DNA from: an uncultured Fibrobacteraceae bacterium
GTDB taxonomy: Bacteria; Krumholzibacteriota; Krumholzibacteriia; LZORAL124-64-63
NCBI GenBank assembly: GCA_964646035.1
Contig: CAZYDJ010000003.1
Span: 1 to 59,694, forward strand
Length of the DNA stretch: 59,694 nucleotides
Reading direction: 5' to 3'
Below are positions 19,840 through 27,942 of this stretch, piece by piece. Positions within the stretch are counted from its first letter, which is position 1. Each line of letters starts with the position of its first letter. The position numbers were made by a program, and so were the translations under genes. The notes below the pieces were generated by a model. That model had not been told where the DNA came from. It searched no databases and saw only the letters and a program-made list of their open reading frames with translations.

Positions 19840-21309
19840 ATGGCCAGAGGTACCGGCTTGCTACCCCGCAGCTTCCTGCCCTTGTTGGCGGTCCTCGCGG
19901 CCGCCGTCATCTGGCTTCTGGTCGATCGGGGACCGGAACCGCCCGGGGCGGAAAAGGCCGGCCCTCTCTTTCCGGTCGCCGCCGATTCCGTCGCCGCAGT
20001 CGAAGTCGAGAATTCCACGTCCGTCATGCGTCTCGAACGCGGGCCTGACGGTTGGGCGCTTTCCGGCACCTTGTCGGATCTGGTGGAGCCGAAGGCCGCC
20101 GACGACATGGTGGCGGCCCTGCTCGACCAGAAAGGGTCGGACGCCATCGACGCTCCGGTGGATTGGCGCGCGCAACTGGCCGATTACAGGCTGGATCCCG
20201 AGCGCGTCACGATCCTGACCGTCATCGCGCGCGACGGGCGGGAGTTCGTCCTGCGGATCGGAGGCGCCAATCCCGCCTCGGGCTTGATCTACGCCACCGG
20301 CGCCGGGCGTGATCGGCTTTTCTACGTCGACCCCCGGCTGGCCGATCGCCTGGGCAAGCTGCCCAACGCCCTGCGGCTGGTGAAGCTGTGTCCGGAGTTC
20401 CATCCCCTGGATGTCGATACCCTGACTCTGCGGTTGCGGGATGAACCCCTGGATGTCTTCGCCCGCGACGAAGTGGGACGGTGGTGGCTGCGCGAACCCG
20501 CTGACGGATTCGACCGCATCGACGACGTCGCCGCCGGCTATCACCGGATCTACTCCGACCGCCGCCGTCTTTCCGGAGGCGTCGAATGGCTGCGGGCGTC
20601 GGACGCCAAGCTGGCCAACATGCTCTTCTTCATCGCCGAGGCCAACATCCACGAGTTCGACCCGGTCACTGTCCGCGAGCCCGCCCCCCAATCCGAGACC
20701 CTGTTGATCGGTGTCTCCTTCTCGGGGAAGAATCCTCCGGTCAGCATCGGGATCGGTCCGGTGGTCGGCAAGGACGCCGTGGCGGCCGGCCGCAACGATT
20801 CTCCGTACCGCTTCCGGATCCTGAAGAGACTGCTCGACGCAGGCGATGTGCCCCTGGCGGATTTTCTCGAAACCACGGTGTTGAGCGATCCGGCCGGAGC
20901 CGCCGATTCCATCGTCCTGACTCGGATCGGCGAGGAACCGATCCGGATGGGCCGCGAAAGTGATGGATGGGTTTTGCGGGGGGATTACTCGTGGTCGGGC
21001 ACCGGGCCGACTCCTGATGAACTGGCCGCCGATATGGTGCCCCGCCTGGATCGTCTGGCGATCGAGCGGGCGCTGCAGCCGGCAGTCGCCGGCGAGGATC
21101 CCCTGCAGTCGGCGTACCGGACCGACATCGTTCTCGGCTACAGCCTGCCTGGATTTCCCGATCGGATCGAAATGATCGTTGGAGTGCTGGCCGACGGCAG
21201 CGGCGCGGGCGCCTGGTTCCCCGACAGCGGCGCCCTGTTCGAAGTCGACCGCAACATCCTCTCGACGTTGCGGTCGTTGTTCATGGTGCTGGGTTCCCCG
21301 GCCCGCTGA
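19840..21309 (+). CDS. DUF4340-like protein (usual partner of GldG-type ABC systems)
   Basis: N-terminal TM anchor, then repeated modules (...VEVENSTSVMRLERGPDGWAL...). Located directly after the GldFG-like gene. Confidence 0.6.
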   Translation: MARGTGLLPRSFLPLLAVLAAAVIWLLVDRGPEPPGAEKAGPLFPVAADSVAAVEVENSTSVMRLERGPDGWALSGTLSDLVEPKAADDMVAALLDQKGSDAIDAPVDWRAQLADYRLDPERVTILTVIARDGREFVLRIGGANPASGLIYATGAGRDRLFYVDPRLADRLGKLPNALRLVKLCPEFHPLDVDTLTLRLRDEPLDVFARDEVGRWWLREPADGFDRIDDVAAGYHRIYSDRRRLSGGVEWLRASDAKLANMLFFIAEANIHEFDPVTVREPAPQSETLLIGVSFSGKNPPVSIGIGPVVGKDAVAAGRNDSPYRFRILKRLLDAGDVPLADFLETTVLSDPAGAADSIVLTRIGEEPIRMGRESDGWVLRGDYSWSGTGPTPDELAADMVPRLDRLAIERALQPAVAGEDPLQSAYRTDIVLGYSLPGFPDRIEMIVGVLADGSGAGAWFPDSGALFEVDRNILSTLRSLFMVLGSPAR

Positions 21310-22789
21310 TCCCGCCGCCGAGGCTGGTGGACGCGAAGGCCACCGGACCGATGTTGGACGGGGCCGACGCCTGCAGCGGGATGAGCATGGCTATCCGGTG
21401 CGGCGGCGATTCCGGGGGCATGGCGGCCATCGTGTAGCTGTAGAGGGCCACCGTGGCCAGGAAGGCGTCCCGCTCGGAATCGGGAATGGGCGCCGACGCC
21501 GGCAGCTTCAGGGTGCGCGGATTGACGAAGGTGCCGTCCTTCTTCACCCGGTAGTCGAGATGCGGCCCGGTGGCGGTGCCCGATGCTCCGACGTAGCCGA
21601 TGATCTGGCCCTGGGTCACCCGGGTGCCGTTCGCGATTCCCCGGGCATAGCGCGACAGGTGCAGGTAGTAGGTCTGGTAGGACTGGTTGGTATGCTGGAT
21701 CTTGATGTACCGCCCGTTGGAGCGGCTATAGGCCTTGTCCACCACACGGCCCGATCCGCCGGCCCTGACCGGGGTCCCCACCGGCGCGGCGTAGTCCACT
21801 CCCAGATGGGGCATATAACGCTTGTGCACCGGGTGCAGGCGGCGGTGGCTGAAGCCGCTCGACACGCGTGAATATTCCAGCGGCGCGCGCATCAACTGTT
21901 TTTCCAGGTTGCGTCCGGTCTCGTCGTAATAGCAGGGACGGCCCTCGCCGTCGACGTAGCGGAACCCGCGGTGGGCGTCGCCCCGATTGACGTATTCCAT
22001 CGCCAGGATCGAGCCGGTGCGCACGAAGGTGCTGTCGCGCCGGACTTCCTCGTAGATGATGCTGAAGGTGTCGCCGGGACGCACATCCCGGCGGAAATCC
22101 ACGTCCCAGCCGAGGATGTCGTTCATCTTGGAAGCCAGGGCCGGCGGGGCGCCGACATCGCTGAGGCTCTCGTAGAGTGAAATCGAAACCGATCCGCTCA
22201 CCGAACAGGTGCGCCGCTCCACCGGATGCGAAAGCTGGTGCACCTTGAAGCGGCCGTCCGCCAGACCCTCGAAGGCCAGGAAGGATTCGCCGTCCCTGAG
22301 ATCGAAGCAAAGCCGTTTGATGTCGCCCTGCTCGTCTATGGCGATGCGGAAAGTGTCGCCGCCGCGAACCCGCCTCAGGTTGCGATACGGCTTGCAGGCC
22401 TTGACCATGGCCATGATGCTGGTGTGGTTCACGCCGCGCTCGCTCAACGAGGCGTAGAAGGACTGGTCGCGGCCGATCACGATCTCGCTCTCGACAGATC
22501 CGGCCGGCAGCGCGGGCATGCCGGGGATCTCTTCGGATCCCTCGAGGACCAGGCCCGGTGCGGGGAAGCTCAGGCTGTCGGGCGCGTCCTGGTCCAGAAT
22601 AGCGGCGTGGTCCGGCAGATCGACGGCCGGCGATTCGGATCCGCTGCGATAGGAAGGCAGCAGGACCACCGCGGCCAGCAGGGCTGCGGCGGTGAGCACG
22701 GCCATCAACGCGCGAAGTGTTTTAGGCGGTAGCGTCTTCAGGTCTGGGCCCTTTCGTCCGGGTATCGAGTACTCCACCCAAAATGGCAA
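21281..22789 (-). CDS. M23 family peptidoglycan metalloendopeptidase (MepM/OapA-like architecture)
   Basis: HLGVDYAAPVGTPV (HxxxD), ...YLHLS..., GPHLDYRV where HxH is usual. N-terminal membrane anchor. The start is uncertain: TTG at 22789 or ATG at 22705. Confidence 0.85.
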   Translation of the reverse strand: MPFWVEYSIPGRKGPDLKTLPPKTLRALMAVLTAAALLAAVVLLPSYRSGSESPAVDLPDHAAILDQDAPDSLSFPAPGLVLEGSEEIPGMPALPAGSVESEIVIGRDQSFYASLSERGVNHTSIMAMVKACKPYRNLRRVRGGDTFRIAIDEQGDIKRLCFDLRDGESFLAFEGLADGRFKVHQLSHPVERRTCSVSGSVSISLYESLSDVGAPPALASKMNDILGWDVDFRRDVRPGDTFSIIYEEVRRDSTFVRTGSILAMEYVNRGDAHRGFRYVDGEGRPCYYDETGRNLEKQLMRAPLEYSRVSSGFSHRRLHPVHKRYMPHLGVDYAAPVGTPVRAGGSGRVVDKAYSRSNGRYIKIQHTNQSYQTYYLHLSRYARGIANGTRVTQGQIIGYVGASGTATGPHLDYRVKKDGTFVNPRTLKLPASAPIPDSERDAFLATVALYSYTMAAMPPESPPHRIAMLIPLQASAPSNIGPVAFASTSLGGGISGPGNPAP

Positions 22790-22880
22790 GGCACCCCGGG
22801 TTCAATCAAGACATTTCTTGGCCGGGCGATGCGGGTTATCCTTGTAGCGTCTTCGGTCGACCCGGACGAGGGGAGTAGTA

Positions 22881-23870
22881 TTGAGTCCGTATCCCGCCGT
22901 GGAACTGCATCGACATCTCGAAGGTTCCGTCCGGCCGTCCCGTTTGATCGGGTTGGCCGCCAAGCACGGACTTCCGGAAGTCGCCGTCGCCTGTCTGGAC
23001 GCTTCCGGGGATTCATACCTCCCTTCTGGTGATTTCGGCGAATTTCTGGAGAGGTTTAAGGCGGTTTGCGCCGTCCTGGTCACTCCCGCCGATTATCATG
23101 CCGTCGCGATGGATCTGATCGAGGACCTGGCCGCCGAAGGCGTTGTCTGTGCTGAGATTATAATTTCCTACGGCGGGATGTTGAAGCTGGGGCGGAATCC
23201 CGCGCCCATCCAGGCAGCGTTGGCGGAAGCCGCCGCGGCCGCCCGGCAGGAGCAGGGAATCGTCCTGGGCTGGCTGCCCGACGCGGTGAGGCATTTCGGA
23301 CCCGACGCCGCCTGGCGCGTGTTGGAGGCGGCCGCGAAGGCGGGGCGCTCCGGCGGGGTTGTCGGTTTCGGCCTCGGCGGGGATGAGATGGCCGCTCCCG
23401 CGAGGGATTTCGCCGAGCACTGCGCCGCCGCCGGCCGCGAGGGACTGGGAGTGGCGATCCACGCCGGCGAGACAGCCGGGCCCGAGTCGGTGCGCGAGGT
23501 GGTCGCCGTCTGCGGCGCCGGTCGGATCGGGCATGGGCTGAGCGCCGCGGCCGATCCCGAAGTGATGAAGCTGCTCGCCGAACGGAATGTCCTGGTGGAA
23601 TTATGCCCGGGCAGCAATCTGGCCACCGGCGTCTTGTCCGCCGCCGCCGACCACCCCCTGCGGTCGTTTCTCGCAGCCGGCATTCCCTGCTGCCTCAACA
23701 CCGACGATCCCGCCATATTCGGGCTGACCCTGCGCGGAGAATACGAGCAGGCCGCGCGGGTCCACGGCCTGAAGACGGAAGAGGCCCGCCGCATGCAGCG
23801 GCAGGCCCTGGAGGCTTCCTTCATCGATTCCGGCGAGCGGGATCTTCTGGCCGGTTCGTTCGCGGACTAG
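22881..23870 (+). CDS. add: Adenosine deaminase family protein
   Basis: VELHRHLEGSVRP, IHAGE, LNTDDPAIF are the metal-binding motifs. TTG start. Confidence 0.85.
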   Translation: MSPYPAVELHRHLEGSVRPSRLIGLAAKHGLPEVAVACLDASGDSYLPSGDFGEFLERFKAVCAVLVTPADYHAVAMDLIEDLAAEGVVCAEIIISYGGMLKLGRNPAPIQAALAEAAAAARQEQGIVLGWLPDAVRHFGPDAAWRVLEAAAKAGRSGGVVGFGLGGDEMAAPARDFAEHCAAAGREGLGVAIHAGETAGPESVREVVAVCGAGRIGHGLSAAADPEVMKLLAERNVLVELCPGSNLATGVLSAAADHPLRSFLAAGIPCCLNTDDPAIFGLTLRGEYEQAARVHGLKTEEARRMQRQALEASFIDSGERDLLAGSFAD

Positions 23871-25567
23871 TCCGGATCGCTCATCTTCTCCAGCCGCTCG
23901 ATTTCCGCCGCTATGTCTTCGTCCTCGATGCGGGGATACAGGATTTCCTGCTTGCCCAGTTCGCGTCCGGCGGGCAGGGGCTTCATCCCCTCGTCCCAGC
24001 CGCCGCGGGCAGTGTCGCCGACGATACCCAGCCAGTTCCAGACCTTCGCCATGCCGAACGGGACTACCGGCGTCAGCATCAACATGACCTGGCGCACTAT
24101 CTGCAGGGCCACCGCGATCGAAACGCCGCAGCGATCCATGTCCGTCTTGCGCGTGCGGAACGGGGCCGACTCGTCGAAGTAGCGGTTGCCCGCCTTGCCG
24201 GCGAGCAGCGCCTGCTCGACCGCGGCCCGGATCTCGAACCGCTCCAGATGCTGCACGTAGCGATCGAGGCAAAGGGCTACCTCGTCCAGTGAAGCACGGT
24301 CCAGATCCGTCAGATCGGCCGGGGTCCAGGCCGGCACCTTCCCGTCGAAATACTTGTGGACGAAGGTGAACACCCGGTTGATCAGATTGCCGAAGTTGTT
24401 GCCCAGCTCTCCGTTATGACGTTCCTGCAGGCCTTCCCAGGAGAAGTTGGTGTCCTTGGTCTCGGGCAGGCTGCGCGCCAAGGCGTAGCGCAGGGTGTCG
24501 GCGGGGAATTTCTCCAGGAATTCGGGCAGCCAGACGGCGTAGCCGCGGCTGGTGGACAGCTTCCTGCCCTCGAGATTGAGGAACTCGTTCGCGGGCACGT
24601 TGTCCGGCAGCACCCAGTCGTCGGAGTGATGCATCAGCATGCCGGGGAACATGATGGCGTGGAAGACGATGTTGTCCTTGCCGATGAAATGGATCAGGCG
24701 GGTGCCCTTGTCCTGCCACCAGGTGCGCCAGGAATCGGGATCGCCCTGCGCCGCCGCCCATTCGCGGGTGGCGGAGATATATCCGATGGGGGCGTCGAAC
24801 CACACGTAGAAGACCTTGCCGTCGTGGCCCTCGAGCGGCACCGGAACTCCCCAGTGCAGATCGCGGGTGGCGGCGCGCGGGGCCAGGCCGTTCTTGAACC
24901 AGCCGCGGCAGTAGTTCAGGACGTTTTCCTTCCAGTGGGGCTTGCCGGCCAGCCACTGCTCGAGCTCCGGCTGCCACTGGTCCAGCGGGAGGTACCAGTG
25001 GGTCGTCTCGCGCTTCTCCAGCGGGCTGTTGTCGGTCACGCTGTGGGGATCCACCAGCTCGTCGGGGCTCAGATCGGCTCCGCAATTCTCGCATTGGTCG
25101 CCCCGGGCGCCCTCGGATCCGCAGCGGGGACATGTGCCTTCGATATAGCGGTCGGCCAGGAAACGGTTCTGGCCCGGGCTGAAGAACTGCTCGGTAGTCC
25201 GTTGGACCAACAGTCCTTGCCGATGCAGGTCGAGGAAGAATTCCTGGCTGGTCTCGGTGTGGATCTCGCGGCTGGTCTGGGAGAAATTATCGAAGGACAT
25301 GCCGAAATCGTTGAAGGATCGGCTGATCGAATCGTGGTTGCGGTCGACCAGTTCCTTCGGCGAAATCCCCATCTTCTCGGCGGTCAGCGTGATCGGAACC
25401 CCGTACTCGTCGGTGCCGCAGATGAACAGGACGTCGCGGCCGCGCAGCCGCAGATAGCGGACGTAGATGTCTGCCGGCAGATAGGCTCCCGCCAGATGTC
25501 CGAGGTGGATGTCGCCGTTGGCATAGGGCAGAGCCGCGGTGACCAGGGTCCGCTTGAAGTCGCTCAC
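23867..25567 (-). CDS. metG: Methionine--tRNA ligase (no C-terminal tRNA-binding appendage)
   Basis: ...VTAALPYANGDIHLGHLAG (HIGH), zinc knuckle CPRCG...CENCG, KLSTSRG (KMSKS-like). GTG start at 25567, 9 nt after GGAGG. The track ORF extends 132 nt further upstream. Confidence 0.93.
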   Translation of the reverse strand: MSDFKRTLVTAALPYANGDIHLGHLAGAYLPADIYVRYLRLRGRDVLFICGTDEYGVPITLTAEKMGISPKELVDRNHDSISRSFNDFGMSFDNFSQTSREIHTETSQEFFLDLHRQGLLVQRTTEQFFSPGQNRFLADRYIEGTCPRCGSEGARGDQCENCGADLSPDELVDPHSVTDNSPLEKRETTHWYLPLDQWQPELEQWLAGKPHWKENVLNYCRGWFKNGLAPRAATRDLHWGVPVPLEGHDGKVFYVWFDAPIGYISATREWAAAQGDPDSWRTWWQDKGTRLIHFIGKDNIVFHAIMFPGMLMHHSDDWVLPDNVPANEFLNLEGRKLSTSRGYAVWLPEFLEKFPADTLRYALARSLPETKDTNFSWEGLQERHNGELGNNFGNLINRVFTFVHKYFDGKVPAWTPADLTDLDRASLDEVALCLDRYVQHLERFEIRAAVEQALLAGKAGNRYFDESAPFRTRKTDMDRCGVSIAVALQIVRQVMLMLTPVVPFGMAKVWNWLGIVGDTARGGWDEGMKPLPAGRELGKQEILYPRIEDEDIAAEIERLEKMSDPD

Positions 25568-25698
25568 GTGGAGTCGCCTCCGGAAATAGGGATGGGCGGA
25601 ATCGGAATCAAGGGGCAAACTTAAGGCATTGGGCCGCGCCGCCGCAAGGACGGCCTGTTCGGCAGGGGACGGGATCAAAACCAAAAGCGAGGGACGCA

Positions 25699-26487
25699 AT
25701 GGAGCTGGGACTCGGCGGACGTACTGCTCTGGTGATGGCGGGATCGCGGGGATTCGGCCGGGCGGTGGCCGCCGGCATGGCCGCCGAGGGAGTCAAGCTG
25801 GGGGTCTGCGCCCGGGGGGCCGACGATCTGGCGGAGGCCGAGCGCGCGATCCGGGACGCCGGAGGCGAGGTGCTGGCCCGACCGCTCGATGTTACCGACG
25901 GACCGGCGGTGACCGGGTTCGTGGCCGAAGTGGAGCGCGAGCTGGGCCCGATCGATCTGCTGCTGCTCAACGCCGGCGGCCCTCCCGCGGGCACGCTCGC
26001 GGACATCGACCTGCCGACCTGGGAATCCGCCTACCGTCTCAACCTCGAGAGCATGGTGCGGATGCTGCGCCTGGTCCTGCCGGGGATGCGTCGCCGGCGC
26101 TGGGGAAGAGTGGTCCAGATAACTTCGATCACGGTCCGCCAGCCGGTGGAGAACCTGCTGCTCTCGAACGTGATGCGCCCGGCCGCCCACGCCCTGATCC
26201 ACGATCTGGCCCTGCAATGCGCCGCGGACGGAGTGACCCTCAATTCGGTCGCGCCGGGATTCCATCACACCAGCGCCGTCGACCGCCTGATCGCCCGCAA
26301 GATCGAGCAGGGGGCCGCTTCGCGGGAATCGGTGCTGCAGCAATGGGAAAGCGAGATCCCGGCCGGCCGGCTCGGCAAGGCGGAGGAACTGGCGGCCCTG
26401 GTGTTGTTCCTGATGTCGGAGCAGGCGGGTTATATCACCGGACAGAACATCGTGTCCGACGGCGGATGGACCCGCGGCACTTTCTGA
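25699..26487 (+). CDS. Short-chain dehydrogenase/reductase family protein, non-canonical active site
   Basis: Rossmann ALVMAGSRGFG, NAGG. The region aligned to the catalytic YxxxK reads LLLSNVMRPAAHAL. Confidence 0.75.
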   Translation: MELGLGGRTALVMAGSRGFGRAVAAGMAAEGVKLGVCARGADDLAEAERAIRDAGGEVLARPLDVTDGPAVTGFVAEVERELGPIDLLLLNAGGPPAGTLADIDLPTWESAYRLNLESMVRMLRLVLPGMRRRRWGRVVQITSITVRQPVENLLLSNVMRPAAHALIHDLALQCAADGVTLNSVAPGFHHTSAVDRLIARKIEQGAASRESVLQQWESEIPAGRLGKAEELAALVLFLMSEQAGYITGQNIVSDGGWTRGTF

Positions 26488-26510
26488 TGTCGCAGCGGGC
26501 GGGGGGTGGC

Positions 26511-26538
26511 TTGACGCTGCGGCGGGAATGATTATATT
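26511..26538 (+). promoter_or_regulatory. Sigma70-like promoter in AT-rich island
   Basis: TTGACG, 16 nt, TATATT. Followed by two direct CAACTAA repeats at 26547-26553 and 26559-26565. Confidence 0.45.
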
Positions 26539-26585
26539 CTAACTGTCAACTAATTTCGCAACTAAGTTAATACTTGGGGTAAACA

Positions 26586-26666
26586 ATGATCGAAATCATC
26601 GCCGGACTGGTCATCTACTTCGCCTTGGTGCGCTTCGTGCTGCCCCGGCTGGGAGTTCCGACCTGA
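26586..26666 (+). CDS. 26-aa hydrophobic peptide (single predicted TM helix)
   Basis: Hand-translated: MIEIIAGLVIYFALVRFVLPRLGVPT-TGA. A GGGG lies 7 nt upstream and the promoter about 50 nt upstream. Below the ORF-track cutoff. Confidence 0.4.
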   Translation: MIEIIAGLVIYFALVRFVLPRLGVPT

Positions 26667-26755
26667 GCATCCGCTTCATGCGCGGTCGGTGACCGCCCCG
26701 GTAGCGAGGACAAAAAAACCGAATCCGATTCCTGATCCCGATAGAGGTGCCGGAA

Positions 26756-26968
26756 ATGCCGATGTTCGAGTTCGTCTGCAGTGAATGCGGCGAGATATTC
26801 GAGGAGTTGATGAGCCGAGCCGAGGTCGAGGCGGGTAAGGTGGCCTGCCCGAAATGCGGTGGCGCCAAGGTCGATCGCCGGATGTCCGGCTTCGCCACTG
26901 CCGGCGACGCGGGCGGGGGATATGGCGGCGGAGGCTGCGGCTCCGGCGGCTCCGGCGGATTCACCTGA
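26756..26968 (+). CDS. FmdB-family zinc-ribbon protein with Gly-rich C-terminal tail
   Basis: MPMFEFVCSECGEIFEEL...VACPKCGG matches the FmdB pattern (CxxC...CPxCG). Tail is GDAGGGYGGGGCGSGGSGGFT. ATG lies 8 nt after AGAGG. The track ORF begins 9 nt earlier at a GTG. Confidence 0.8.
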   Translation: MPMFEFVCSECGEIFEELMSRAEVEAGKVACPKCGGAKVDRRMSGFATAGDAGGGYGGGGCGSGGSGGFT

Positions 26969-26980
26969 GCTTCATAGTCC

Positions 26981-26999
26981 GCGCGACCGTCGGTCGCGC
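26981..26999. terminator. Short GC hairpin between convergent genes
   Basis: GCGCGACC-GTC-GGTCGCGC between the FmdB-like stop (26968) and the PAP2 stop (27004). No clear U-tract. Confidence 0.3.
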
Positions 27000-27003
27000 C
27001 CCA

Positions 27004-27942
27004 TCACCGCCGCGGCAGCGAGAATTTCCGCCGCGGCGTCCGCGGCAGACGCCGCCCCTCTTCGCCGAACATATGGCCCAGCCACAGGATCAGCCCGCCG
27101 AGCAGCAACCCGCCGACGACATCCACCACATAGTGATAGCGGCAGTACACGGTCGCCGCGCCCAGCAGGGTGAACAGCACCGTCACCCATAGCCTGTGCT
27201 TCGGGAAAGACTTCCAGATATGCCACCAGCTGACCATGGTCGCCGCCACGTGGCTGGACGGGAAAGCCGCGCCCAGGATCGCGCCGGTAGAGTGGATATG
27301 CTCCATGATCCGGGTGAAGATCCATCCCGGCACCGCGATCGGCCCGGTGCGGAAGTACTTGGGCCCCCAGGCGGGGAAGAAGGTGTAGAGGGTGTAGCAG
27401 ACCAGCATGACCGCGCCCAGATCACGGATGAACGCCCTCAGAGCCGGCCATCGCTCAGCGTCGGCCAGACCGCGTCCCTTGAGGATGAGGTACATGGCCA
27501 CGCAGGCGAACAGATAGTAGGAGAAGTAGGCGAATTCCATCAGCTCGTGGAACCAGGGCCAGGGCCAGGCCCGCGACCACCTGAGGCTGGGCTGGAAACC
27601 GAAGATCGATTCCTCGAGACTGATCAGCCAGGGATCGAAGGAATCGTGGAAGCCGTGGAAGATGATTCCGAGATGCGCCATCTCGCTGTAGAAAAGCGGA
27701 AACAGCAGGGGCGGATAGATCTCGCCGATGAACTGCAGGATCGTGGGACGGGATCCGCGCAGCAAAGGCGGCAGGAACCACACGGCCAAAGCCAGGGCCA
27801 GGTGCATCAGCAGGTGCAGTTCCGGTTTCGTGCTCACTTCCGGCCTCAGCAGGGGATAGCACCCGCTGCCCACGAGGTAGACCACCGCCCACCGATCGAG
27901 GTCCAGACGGTAGATGGCCAGTTCGGCGAGCTTACGTCGCAT
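27004..27942 (-). CDS. PAP2-superfamily integral membrane protein, IPC-synthase / sphingomyelin-synthase-like
   Basis: Multi-TM. FPSSHVA and YCRYHYVVDVVGG resemble the SGH(T) and HYxxDV motifs of LPP-type phosphotransferases. The start overlaps the upstream gene by 11 nt. Confidence 0.7.
   Translation of the reverse strand: MRRKLAELAIYRLDLDRWAVVYLVGSGCYPLLRPEVSTKPELHLLMHLALALAVWFLPPLLRGSRPTILQFIGEIYPPLLFPLFYSEMAHLGIIFHGFHDSFDPWLISLEESIFGFQPSLRWSRAWPWPWFHELMEFAYFSYYLFACVAMYLILKGRGLADAERWPALRAFIRDLGAVMLVCYTLYTFFPAWGPKYFRTGPIAVPGWIFTRIMEHIHSTGAILGAAFPSSHVAATMVSWWHIWKSFPKHRLWVTVLFTLLGAATVYCRYHYVVDVVGGLLLGGLILWLGHMFGEEGRRLPRTPRRKFSLPRR

Noticed and set aside
25629-26531. 300-aa plus-strand ORF overlapping the SDR gene in another frame
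   Set aside because: It is Arg/Gly/Pro-rich with no motifs. The 25699-26487 frame has clear Rossmann/SDR features.
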